A stretch of 64,000 nucleotides of DNA from Lingula anatina (Eukaryota; Animalia; Brachiopoda). The stretch covers positions 28,644,001-28,708,000 of the forward strand of contig CM120642.1 of NCBI GenBank assembly GCA_051362555.1. Reading direction: 5' to 3'. Every line of letters begins with the position of its first letter. Position 1 is the first letter of the stretch. Below, piece by piece: positions 1 through 13,300 of the stretch. The position numbers were made by a program, and so were the translations under genes. Under the pieces are notes generated by a model. It did not search any database and was not told the origin of the DNA. It saw only the letters and a program-made list of their open reading frames with translations.

Positions 1-2492
1 GAGTAGAATAAAGAAAACATGGTTATTATACATGTATGTTGGGGAAAAAGAAGAGGCAACAAAATTCATTACATTCATACAGACAGACAAATAGGCAAAT
101 CATTATACCAGAATAACAAACAAAGACTAGAAAAAATTAAAGACATACAATGAGCTTTTGACTATAAAGGCATGGTTAGAAACAGAGTAAAACTTCCATG
201 ACACCAGTGTATCCATAATGCAAACAACTGATTACATTTAAAACAGGGTGATTACATTTAAAACTAACCCTATTTTACTTTTGTTTATTCATATTAAATT
301 AGTGAATTATAACCAGATTCCCATTCTAGAGCTAATAATGCTTATAATGTTTTGAATTATTGGTTGTCACACCTACATGAACTAGTGGCACTCTGAAAAT
401 AGAAATCTACACCCCAAAAAGGCGTTTATGAGATATACAAAACCTTGTTATTTCAGCAGATTTGAATTAGATATATTAAAAGTTGGTGTTAAACGGAAAA
501 TTGTTGAACTTTCCAGGAAAAATCATTAAATGATCTTATGCCTACACTCAATCATGCTTTCCTTCCATGACAGATACACAGACACAAAAAAGAAAATTTA
601 GCAGATGAACAAAATAACAATAATTATTATAGAGTCAGCCCAAAGAATGATTCAGCAATGTGTGGGATAACTTTCACTTCTACGCAGAGATCCTTTAAAA
701 ACCAAATTAAGATTGAAGTAGAAAAAATGTTTTAATGACTAAACACTGTTCTTGGATAAATATCAAGTAAACACATTTGCCATCTTAAATGTTTTCCTAA
801 TTTAAGTAATGGTTTTAAACGCAACTGCCTTAATGCAAAGAGAAGTTGTTCCACTATGAATAAAAGTTGCTTCAGCACAAAGAAAACATACATATTCCTC
901 TGAGAATTTCTCATTAGTGCCAGCAATTTCAATAACAGTATAAGACCTTATCTTTTTACAAACCTAACCTTTAACTCACCGGAGATTGATGAAGTTGTCC
1001 AATAAAAACTGAAATCTCTCAAGTGAGTAAAAGTTAAAGTTTGCAAGAAAAAAAGAAAACTAAGATCTTGAAGTGTATTTCAACATAGACACTCATGAGG
1101 CTATCATCTACTTTCGAACAAACAATCAATCAGTGTACTGCATAATTATCTATAAACTTGTTTTTTTATGTCATCTACATGCAATCCCTTAACCACCAAC
1201 TAAGTTAATGAGTTTGGCTTCATTCAACTTTACTGAACTTTACAGTCAGACAATTTCATTTTGAAGACTGGTAGTTCTCTTTTCCGATCTTATTGCCTCC
1301 ACTTTTGCCTTTGTTTTGGTTTTTATTTGTTAACAGACTGACTAAAAAATCTGTAGACAGATTATGATAAAAATTTTAGGCTAAGTCAGATAGGCTAACT
1401 TACATATGTTTAACCCAAAAGATTTTGCTGTGGTTAATTAATTAATCAATTAATTTATCTATTAACCAATAATAAATATTGAGCTGACTTGGAAAAGGTC
1501 TGCACACTTTAAGTGTTTTTCTTGTAACTTATCAAACAAATTTGCTGCTCAATGAATTTAATAAACACAATTACTGCTATCTCAGAAGTTAACTTTACTG
1601 AGTATGCAGACACCATTTTGTAACAGTTCTTAAAAAAGTGGACAAAAAATCCCCTTTTCAGTTTGTGATAGATACCTAAACAGGTTAGTTTGAAATTCTC
1701 TTTAAGTAAATTTTTAACGGAGCCTGTGTCATCTCTCAGTATGCTACATGCATGTGGCAGTGGAGACCTACACTAATATCATCATGCAAACTCTAACCAG
1801 CTATATAGATAATCAGGCATCAGAATTCTTAGCATGACAATATTTTCCTTTCTGCTTGATGAGCCTAGGAATCATAGAAGTCAGCTAATTTCACAGAGTG
1901 TATGTTTTACTTTTGCACTATAAATTTATACAATAAATCATGAATACACCATTCTAAGCTATCTATGCTGGCTAAAAAATTCCTTGCAAAAGAATCATTG
2001 ATATGCCATTAAAAGTTATTTTTAAGCAATCTCAACCAAAGTCAGAAATGTCAGACAAACGTACAGGCTTTTAAAATCAGTATTTTCTTTACTTAGCCAT
2101 ATAGCCATGAGGTTTCATGCATTTCTTTATTTTAAAAACACAGAAACATGTTTTGAGGATCATAAATAGGAAGATCAACAAGAGAATAATCTGTTATCAC
2201 AACCTTTCAACATAAGTCGATGTCTTAATCCTTTCAATGTGGAAGATTTTTAATTGTTCAGATGCATAATTTTGGAATCATTAAAAAAATTATATTTCAA
2301 TACAGCACTTATGATGCTTTTAATATATAGAATAGAATTAAAGATCAGCATGCTTTTCAATTTTGTTTCTACCTCTCAATTGGAATGTTCTGGTTAAAAA
2401 AACATATATATAATTATGACTAAAAAATACAGTGAGCATAAAATTCACTTTTTCCCCCACTTAAGGGTTCGAGTCATTTTTGTAATACCCAC

Positions 2493-2663
2493 CGTAGTGA
2501 ACACTTCCTCCGTCTGTTGTATGGTAGCAATGCGGGTCCAGCCCCATTTCTGGAACAACCTCACACGCGTTGGGTTATGGAGTGTCGCTGAGGGATGGGT
2601 GCGGAAAAATGTTGGAAACCTCTCCCTGTTGGACAGCGCTGGAGAGCTGGAGCCATAGGCAAG
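2493..2663 (-). CDS. GABBR1: GABBR1 coding exon 3
   Basis: tttacag|CTT GCC TAT...ACT ACG|gtgggt; 171 nt; encodes [26 protein letters not shown]... Not present in the ORF track. Confidence 0.95.
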
Positions 2664-2670
2664 CTGTAAA

Positions 2671-2712
<42 letters not shown>

Positions 2713-5700
2713 AACAATGAAAATAACAAAATATCACAGAACTGGAGCCATATGTAGGATATAAGTTTTATTTAATATTATTATTATTTTTTTTATTACA
2801 ACAATAATCATAAAACAATGAAATAGAGCTAGAGCCATAGGCAAACTAGAATTATGATAATGGAACAATGTAGGAAATTGACTTTTACATAATAATTCAA
2901 ATTATTGTATGCTGGCATTTGTTTGATTCTGATGAATTGTGATAATATGTTCAGGGCCATCTGCCTCTGGGAAAATGAACAAATGCAATTAATTCCTGGC
3001 AGCTCTACTGCCAACATAACTGTAACTAGAGGATCAGAGAGGCGATACCGCCTCCAAATATTGTACCACCAGCTGGAGCAAACGCATTCGTATAGACCCC
3101 CACATACACAAAATAAGGGACACAGCCACCAGTTTTGTGCTTGACAACCTGTAAAAATGCAATCAACAAGAATTTTTAAACTATTGCAAAAAATATATAT
3201 GGTACAATCAAATTTAAGTTCTTCGTAAGGTAGGTCAAGGGTCAATTTCAAGGTCACAGTAAATTGCCAATATATGACTTCCTATTCATGTTCAAGAGTA
3301 ACTATGGACCTATCTCTGTCAAGTTTGAAGTTAAAAGAGAAAGAAATTAGCACAGTTCAGTTCATGATAAAAAGAAGGTCAAAGGTCAATTTCAAGGTCA
3401 CACTTAGATTGCCAGTATAGGACTTCCTATTCAACTTCAATAGTAACTATGGACCTATCTCAGCCAGTTTTGGAGATAAAAGGGAAGCAAAATTTGCAAA
3501 ATTCAGCTCATGGTGAAAAGTAGGTCAAAGGTCAATTTCAAGGTCACATTTAGATTGCCAGTATATGACTTTCTATTCAAGTTCAATAGTAACTATGGAC
3601 CTATCTCTGCCAGTTTTGGAGATAAAAGGGAAGCAAAATTTGCAAAGTTCAGTTTATGGTGAAAAGTAGGTCAAAGGTCAATTTTAAGGTCACATTTAGA
3701 TTGCCAGTATATGACTTCCTATTCAAGTTCAATAGTAACTACGGACCTATCTCAGCCAGTTTTGGAGATAAAAGGAAAGCAAAATTTGCAAAATTCAGTT
3801 CATGGTGTAAAGTAGGTCAAAGGTCAATTTTAAGGTCACATTTAGATTGCCAGTATATGACTTCCTATTCAACTTCAATAGTAACTACGGACCTATCTCT
3901 GCCAGTTTTGGAGATAAAAGGGAAGAAAAATTTGCAAAGTTCAGTTTATGGTGAAAAGTAGGTCAAAGGTCAATTTTAAGGTCACATTTAGATTGCCAGT
4001 GTATGACTTCCTATTCAACTTCAATAGTAGCTACGGACCTATCTCAGCCAGTTTTGGAGATAAAAGGAAAGCAAAATTTGCAAAATTCAGTTCATGGTGA
4101 AAAGTAGGTCAAAGGTCAATTTTAATGTCACATAAAGATTGCCAGTATATGACTTCCTATTCAAGTTCAATAGTACCTACGGACCTATCTCTGCCAGTTT
4201 TGGAGATAAAAGGAAAGCAAAATTTGCAAAATTCAGTTCATGGTGTAAAGTAGGTCAAAGGTCAATTTTAAGGTCACATTTAGATTGCCAGTATATGACT
4301 TCCTATTCAAGTTCAATAGTAACTATGGACCTATCTCTGCCAGTTTTGGAGATAAAAGGGAAGCAAAATTTGTAAAGTTCAGTTTATGGTGTAAAGTAGG
4401 TCAAAGGTCAATTTTAAGGTCACATTTAGATTGCCAGTATATGACTTCCTATTCAACTTCAATAGTAACTACGGACCTATCTCTGCCAGTTTTGGAGATA
4501 AAAGGGAAGCAAAATTTGCAAAGTTCAGTTTATGGTGAAAAGTAGGTCAAAGGTCAATTTTAAGGTCACATTTAGATTGCCAGTATATGACTTCCTATTC
4601 AAGTTCAATAGTAACTACGGACCTATCTCAGCCAGTTTTGGAGATAAAAGGAAAGCAAAATTTGCAAAATTCAGTTCATGGTGAAAAGTAGGTCAAAGGT
4701 CAATTTTAATGTCACATATAGATTGCCAGTATATGACTTCCTATTCAAGTTCAATAGTAACTACGGACCTATCTCTGCCAGTTTTGGAGATAAAAGGAAA
4801 GCAAAATTTGCAAAATTCAGTTCATGGTGAAAAGTAGGTCAAAGGTCAATTTTAATGTCACATATAGATTGCCAGTATATGACTTCCTATTCAAGTTCAA
4901 TAGTAACTATGGACCTATCTCTGCCAGTTTTGGAGATAAAAGGGAAGAAAAATTTGCAAAGTTCAGTTCATGGTGAAAAGTAGGTCAAAGGTCAATTTCA
5001 AGGTCATAGTAAGATTGCCAGTATATGACTTCCTATTCAACTTCAATAGTAACTATGGACCTATCTCTGCCAGTTTTGGAGATATAAGGGACTAGATGTT
5101 ATAATTTTGGAGTTACCATAATGTGCCTTAAATTTCGTACAGAAAAAATTAATTAAAATAAAGAAAATGTCATTTTGGTCAAAATTCTTGAAATAGGAGG
5201 TGCTCTGAAGTTTCAGAAGTTCAAATTTGATGAAATAATGTCATTTTTGAACACAAGTTGTCTGCTTTGCCAAGCCTTATGTTTTATTTTTCCAGAGTTC
5301 AAAATTTATTATCCATTACCGTACTGCACATTTTGCTTTTACCACCCATATGTTCTTTTTGATACAGCGTAACTCGAAAACCGTATGGAATACAAAAAAT
5401 CCGAGACCACCTCCAGTGTTGGGCTTTACATGCTCTACTAAATGCAAAAAAGAATGGGTCTCTAGCATTAACGGTTCCCGAATTAGAGACAGTTTTCAGT
5501 TTCGGTATCTTATGGCCGCTACTCCCGTGAAAATGCACCGATTGACCCCAAATTCATGGAGATGAAAGATGACCTGAAGGGTAACACTTTCCAATAATAT
5601 TATTGGTTAAGTCTGTGTGGTGTCTGAATAACAGGGCAAAAAAATTTTTTTTCGTAAAAAATTTCATTTTTTTGAAAATTTTGGCCCATTTGACCTTGAA

Positions 5701-7297
5701 GTAGAGGTCAAAGGTCAAATCCAAGGGTATATTTGAAATCTACACATATGACTTTTGGAAAGCCGTCTATAGAAATTTTTCCCATAACTCCTTCCGTAGG
5801 GTAGATAATTAGCATTTAATTTTGCCATTTTTAGACAAGGGTGCATTGCAATGAGTGCCACACCCAGACCCCAATACCGACAAAGCCCAAATTTTACGTG
5901 GAACGAGTTGAGATTATAGGTGACCTAAATCCATGAGATGGGTACGGGGGCCCTTACCGTCTAGGAGGAGAAGCGGTAACGGTAGCCGTCCGGCGGAACG
6001 ATCCGGACGGGACCGAAACCATGTGTACCGCCAGCGCTAACGCTGGTGGTACAATAATAATGTGTAGATTTATTCAGTGTCATATTGTGAACAATATACC
6101 AACCCCAGGAAAAAAGAAAAAAATATTTAAAAGATATTTGTGTACATGGGTAAATATCTGCCTCAGGGCCCTCTATCAGAAAAAAGCAAATAATGCAGTA
6201 TCTATTATATAATATATTCTGATCTATATGGGAATTAAATATATTGCAAATATATTGCAATGACTTTTGGGAGGACATTGATAAAGTCATGAATATAATG
6301 ACCTTCACTGTTTTACTTGAAGCTACTGAAGTGATGTACAGTGAAGAAGAAATAAGCCACAATCTTTTTTTCAGGCAATATGAACCTAAAATACTCCCCA
6401 ACTCATAATCTAGTTAAAACTCTCCTTTATTTTATTATCAAGGATTTTCCCAGTGAGCCGTCCAGACGTCATTTGAACAGCCTCCTGCATCACCAAACAG
6501 CTTGGACTCCCTGAATTTTTGTAGGAAACTAAAGGTGGTCATTTTGAATGGCCAATATCCCCAATCCTGGGAAAAGCCCTGATTATAATACCAATAATCA
6601 AGTTATATCAGTTCTGGGCCCCATAACTTGAAAGCATTTTGCATTGTGACTGAGCGCAAGCGTCTCGATTCCATAATTCACCTATACACGCCCCATGTAA
6701 TACTTTGTAGCCTCTATGTGATATCGCTATTCGCCATACGCTGTGCTTTACAGGGCCCAGGTCTACAGATGTTGCTGCAGGCCCCAACAGCATCTTGATC
6801 TGCTGCCGAATCCTACACTATAATTTTTCAGATGACATCAAAGGGAGACCGTGACTAAGAAAATGAACTTCTCACATTATGGTCTCCTCTGCTCACAGGA
6901 AGCCTTATTATCAGTTCATAAAAAAACTGGAAACACAGAAGATTAGTGAACATAGGTTTCTGAATCTGAGCTAAATCTCAGCTTTGTCATCTGTCAAATG
7001 GAGGAAACGTATCTCTGAGAACTCGCAGCTTGACACAAGGGAACGTCAATGTACAATGGCCCCAAGTTCTAAGAATGCAGGATCACTTCTCCTGCTCTGA
7101 GTAAAGAGGAAATTAAAAGAGACGTATTCTGTTCTTAATAGACATCATAGCTTCAAATGAAGCTAGGGGTGTCAGATCAGATATATCAACTAAGCTTCTG
7201 CTTTAAATGTCAATTACTAGCTAGAGAAGGGAAGTGCTGACGAGTCATTTCATTGTATTGGCACATATTGTGCCATAGTTTTATAAGGTGTTGTGTG

Positions 7298-7341
<44 letters not shown>

Positions 7342-10300
7342 TGTGTTCATACATGCAAATGTGCCTGTGTGTATCAATTTTAATGTGCAAAGTGTACATA
7401 TATCTATGGCCTCATTCAGAACAACTTGATTTGCCGACTTACAGATCCGCAGATCAAAAATGGCCAACCCACTTAAAAGCAATGCTGCCTAATACCCTTC
7501 TGGTCTCCCAGCCTCCATACTCGCCACTCAACCCTGCAGGGGCTTAGCAATTAAACAAATTAAATCTCGACTCCTAAGTTTAATTGCTAGGATCCTGCAG
7601 GAATGGGGAGTGTGGAGGCAGGGAGATCAGCAAGGGATTAGGCAGCATTGCTTTTAAGTGGGGTCGGCCATTTTTAGTCCACAGATCAGTTAGTCTGCAG
7701 ATGATCTGTTGTGAATGCGACTTACGTTTGAAAAAAGTTCACTATGTTCCACATACATCTAAAAAAGGTTCTAAATCAGATTCCTTTGGTCCCATTGACT
7801 ATTTCCTCAATTTCCAGGCCTGCACAGACAGTTGCTTGATTGCAGACTTCAAAGGCAAAGTAAACCACGCAAAGAAAAATGTGTCATGAATTAATAGAAC
7901 ATCAAACCCACCATTTGACAGGCTTTTCCAATAGTTTTACAGCCTTAATACTGATATATGTGTAGCATGTCTCAACATTCATCCCCATTATTTGAATCAC
8001 ATCCTCTAAATTGGACTTTAATTACTAAAAGAGATACAAACAGTTGCTGGGTAAATGTTAACAAATGGTGCTGTCACTGGAGGTTGTCTTAAACTCTGCA
8101 ATCAACAGGAGTGACAGATCCACAGAATCTGTGTAGAAAATGCATTGGGTTTGTCTACAGGAGCTAGGTAAAGAGGGCAGGAAGGGTGGTTAAGACCCCA
8201 TTCCCATACCAAGATTGGTCTAGCAGGATCGACCCATCTCCGAGGGGATTCTCTCTAAATTGCATTCAGCTAAAGCGGCCTAGATGTCTGGCATGCCAAC
8301 TCAAGCTGTTAAACGATAGTTAATTACCCCCAACAGCTTTAGTAGGCATGCCAGACATTAGAGTCACTTTAGCTGAATGCAATTTAGTGAGAAACCCCTC
8401 AGAGATGGGTCAATCTTGCTAGATTGGTCTAGGTATGGGAACCGGTTCTAAGATTCTTTTTCAGATTGCTACTGTACTATGAACATGTGCAGACACAATT
8501 TTAGGTTGTTAAAAAGTTGGAAAGATGTCTCTAGGGCATTACAAATGATGGCTTGGGGGCCACCACAGTGAGTAGAATAATGCCAAGAAAAAAATCAGAT
8601 GTAAGATTTATTAAATCAAAACAAAATCATTATAGTCTATATGTGCCAGCTTATCCAAGAAATCATTTTCAATTCAGGATCTGTCTGATCCTAGCCAAGT
8701 TTTTTTTTTTTTTTCCTAATGGCATCAAGCACTATATATCAGTTACTATACATCAGCTAGCGCATCATTTTTCCAGGGTCTACAACAACGCTATTCTAAA
8801 TTATATATAATTCAACTTCTGGTTTCCACAATTAGTGATCAATTAATGTCAATCACAATATTAATTGCAATATACTTCATATACAATGCATCATAACACA
8901 ATACCATACAACACAAAATGGTGCAGTGAAAATACATGACAATACCAAATGATTTTGTGACAGAAATGCCTTAAATCAAAGACACAAAGGGAAAAATTTT
9001 GTTAATCTTGACATATTATTTCAGAAAAAAAAGAGGCATTAACCAGCAAAAAAAGGTCTGGGAATATTCTATCTCTGAGGGACAAGGGTGTCATCCATTA
9101 GCAGCTTATCTTTATGAAAGAACACACAGGCTGCTTCAATTTAGTCTATTGCATTTGCATGCTCAGAGCATTTTTCTGTGTTTTCCTTTCATCTCTTTTG
9201 ATGTTTTGTATTTTATCTGAGGCTGGTTACACATAGTTGCCTAAAAAATCAATGTGACAGCTTTGCATTCATCTCAAACCACGGTCTTTTACGGCAGCAT
9301 ATTATCCTGTCACAAAAAGTGCTATGCATCACTTCAACGAGCTGTCAATCTCCGTAGCAACAACACCAGGGATGTGACACTGGAATTACCAGATGACAAT
9401 AACTTACACAATTCATAAATAATTCAACCGAGAGAGACTTTACTCTTCTGCTCTCCACCAGAGGTCAGCACTGTACAGGATCACATAAATTTTTCTATGA
9501 GCGCATTCAGAACAGAGAACTAACAGATCTGGGCAGACATGCTGAAAACTATTCGGAATGGTTGGACATTTGGACCAGCAGTAATGAAAAATTTACTGGA
9601 CCAAATGGATTTTTGTCGGACCAAAAATCACCCTATTCCTTTGAGACAGAAACTACCAGTAATATTAGGGTAGCTTACTTTATTTGTGAATGTGATAGGT
9701 TTGAAACAGAAGGGAAAACGCTTTGGGTCTTATATAATTTTATTAGTAAAGTCTGTGGAATGATGGCTGTGAATTCAAAATTGCAGCTCTTAAACTCTTG
9801 TCAGTCCTTTGGACTGACTAAATCCAATTTTTTACTGGTCCAGACAAATTTTGCTGGTCATGACAATCGGACCGACAGTTTCAGCATGTCTGTCTGGGGA
9901 TCAAATATGACGACCCACTCAAAAGATTGCCACTTAACTCCCGATTAAACATTGACAGATTCCTCGCGGGGATTACGCAACAAGCATTCAAGTGGGCCAG
10001 TTTCCTTTTTTTTATTTTCTAAATATTTTTAAATTTTAATTATTTATTTATTTTTTATGTTTTGCCAATTGGACACAAAAAATTTCATTAAAAAAAAACA
10101 TCTTGGATGTACGAGTACTCATTATATAAGGACCAAAAGATTATTATTAGACATATTAGAATATAGCATATATCATTATCTAAAGTTTTTAGATAAAAAA
10201 AAGTTTACACTAAGCCTTAGGCTTCGTTTACATGCAATGTCTATTTTCTAATTTCTATTTTCTATTTGTGCTATCTTATGATCACGGTCTGTGCCCTGAA

Positions 10301-13300
10301 TATCCCGCCGCGTAATTACTGGCAGCGCGAGCCAGTTACTTATAGTAACTTATAGTAACTGGCTCGCGCTGCCAGTAATTACGCCGCGGGATATTCAGGG
10401 CACAGACCGTGATCATAAGACATACCGCAAATAGAAAATAGAATTTAGAAAATAGACATTGCATGTGAATGAAGCCTTAGGTTGTTTTAGCCATGTAATG
10501 ACCATGACAGATATAACTAATTGATAAGGTAAGATACATCTGTACGATATCCTGTGAATCAGAATTTACCAATCAATCAATCAATTTAGAAAAAAGCATG
10601 AAAATGTTATCAACATTTTACACTGTCAACATAATAGTTCCCAAATTGTTTATCAAAATGCAGCCCACAACACAGTTACTGACAATAATAATATCATATG
10701 ACAGACAATTCTAAGTCTTTTCAAGGCTCTATGGTCAATTATGCCCAAATTTCAACAGAATGTAGATTGTTGAACCATTTTTCAAAAAAAAAAAAAAAAA
10801 CATTTAGCAAATTCCGTTGGGATAGCAGAATTTTTCTGACTGTGAGGAGGAAAGATTTCCATAATCACACAGACAAACGTCCATGGAGTTATCAATTTCT
10901 ATGACACATACGAAAATGTTATCTGTAAAATTTCTCAAAAAAATCAGAAATCAAGGGAAGTGATGTGAACTGCATTAATCTACAGTTAGCCTTAATAATC
11001 CCTGACATATACTGAGATGAATCATGTGTTCATTTCACACCTAATGCCATTAGTATGCATTAAAATTATACCAACTATGAAGCCAACTGCATTAAATTCA
11101 ATCCTCATACAGTATGTTCTTCAGCTGTATCTTATCACATAATACGATCGAGGAGCATTTATAGCTGCCAGCTCATCACAGTGTTAGAGTAATACATTCA
11201 TTTTTAATAAACAAGGTCAAACACCCTGAGATTTAGATATTTGACAATTTTAAAGTTCAAAATTTCATTTCAACAATTTGAAATGGTTAGATGAATAACT
11301 GAAGACAAAGAGGGAGAGTCCTTGGCACTTAACACTCCATGCTATTGGTTTCATAAAAATCACAATACTTCTCCTTTGATGACCAGAGTCACCTTCACTT
11401 TAATCATTTATTTAAAAAACTAAGTTTTTCAAATCTTTCTTTTTCATAAATTTTCTAACATCTATACCATCGTTTTATTAATTCAAGACTCCATGTGGGC
11501 ATGAACTGCAATTTTAACTTTCAATACAAGTGAAGGAAAAGTGACTTAATTTTCAACTGCATATCTAAGTCATGTAATGATTAACATATGCAGAATTTAC
11601 TTTATTTTGATAACAAATATATCCTCTGTGACTAAAAGAAATAATGAAACTACATCTTTCTTGGCCAGGTCAACCACAAGCCTTGGTACCAAACTAATCT
11701 CCACCAGAGTTTTCCTTTTTTTTTCCAAAATTCTTCGCTGGACAGTACAGAAAATTGCAGTGAAATAGCCGATGAAATATCTACAGTGAAAAAATTTTCT
11801 GTGACTCTGCCAGATGCTAGCATCTCCTATAGTAACCTGTTGTCACTATTAATTAAAGCAAAACACTAGTAGACGAAGAAGCTAAAATCACCTGCTCTAT
11901 CAGCCTGTCTGCACCTGGTCACAATCAACATACCTGGTGGCAGGTGTAAATATAGCAGCCCCAGGAGGATTATGCCACAAAGAGCAGTTTTCCTAAATCA
12001 AATTTCAACACTTTGTGTATGAAACGCACACTCCCCATGGTGAGAAAATTAAGACTGATGTTGTTTGTCGTAAAGAGCAGAGTTAACCGCAGCAGTTTTA
12101 CTGATAGTATTGTATGCATTATATACAGAACATGTGTGAAGTTTTACAACCAATGAAATGCCATGTTGGAATGGCTTCAATTTTACTATCATAACTGCTG
12201 TAACTTTTATTGTTTTCTTATTAAATAGCAAGCAAATACTTTGTAGGTTTACTACCTAAAAATATGCCGATAACTTCTGTTAGACATACTACCAGAAGCA
12301 GAAACTCTTTGAAAGCCAAAATCTTGCTCTACTACAATAAAGTATAAAATCTATTGCAAGCCACTAAAATAATTCTCTAAACCATAAGCAAATGGCCTCT
12401 TTCACAAGCCACTAACATAATAAATTCTACTAGTTCCAAAATAAACTAGGATTTGCTTTTAAATTGAAACAAACTGTTTGCTCAAGTTAGTCAGTAAACA
12501 AGACCCCCTACGAAAATAATAGCAGTCAGTGCTCTGTCCTGCATTTCCTGGAAAAGATAAAGATCCGTGCTGTGCACGCTGCAATGCAGTCGTTTGTCTT
12601 GGATTTTCTACCTGCATTACGCATACATGTACATGATAGTTATCTTTAAACTGACATAAAATGTGCTACTCATAATAAGTGTCTTTAAATGAGGTTTTGT
12701 TAAAGAGGTAGCAATGAATGGTTCCCGCTTCCAGCTGATTGTGCTATTGTGCTACTACTGGCAAGGGTTGTGCCATTGTGTTAGTTGTGAATTGTGTTAG
12801 TTGTGAATTTTAGTTGTGAATTGTGTTAGTTGTGACAGTCAAATTGTGCCAACTTACCACCACCAGGTTCCACATCTTAGCTGCCTGTGCCACAAATGTT
12901 GACACCCCGCTGCAACCTGTAATCAGCATAATCTTAGGAGGCTGGTTGTAGAGTAACTCGTACATCTTGTTCATGCCGAGCCCAGGGGTGCACTGCAAGC
13001 AGACATAAACATACTGTTACAGATCTCACTGTGTTAAACAGGATCTCAGTGAAGTGGTGCCGATGACATGGGGATTCATCCACATTACCTGATTTACAGC
13101 ACTTCTAGAATTAGGATTTCCTACAAAATACTCCAAATTTGTATAAACAATAATATAGTCTAAAACATATATAAACAGAAAAATCTACAGTATTTCACTG
13201 CTGCTTATTTTCAGCAAACTGCTTGTCATAAGAAAAAATATGCAACATGCATTTTATGTATAATGTACCAATAAACCCTAAAACAATAATTTGGCAACAT

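Noticed and set aside
732-948. Minus-strand ORF as a further GABBR1 exon
   Set aside because: No similarity to the next expected GABA-B1 segment. Another frame (IEIAGTNEKFSEEYVCFLC) weakly resembles a LINE tail but is too decayed to call.
3656-4545. ORFs of 78-101 aa in the 146-bp array
   Set aside because: By-products of tandem repetition; the same peptides recur in shifting frames.
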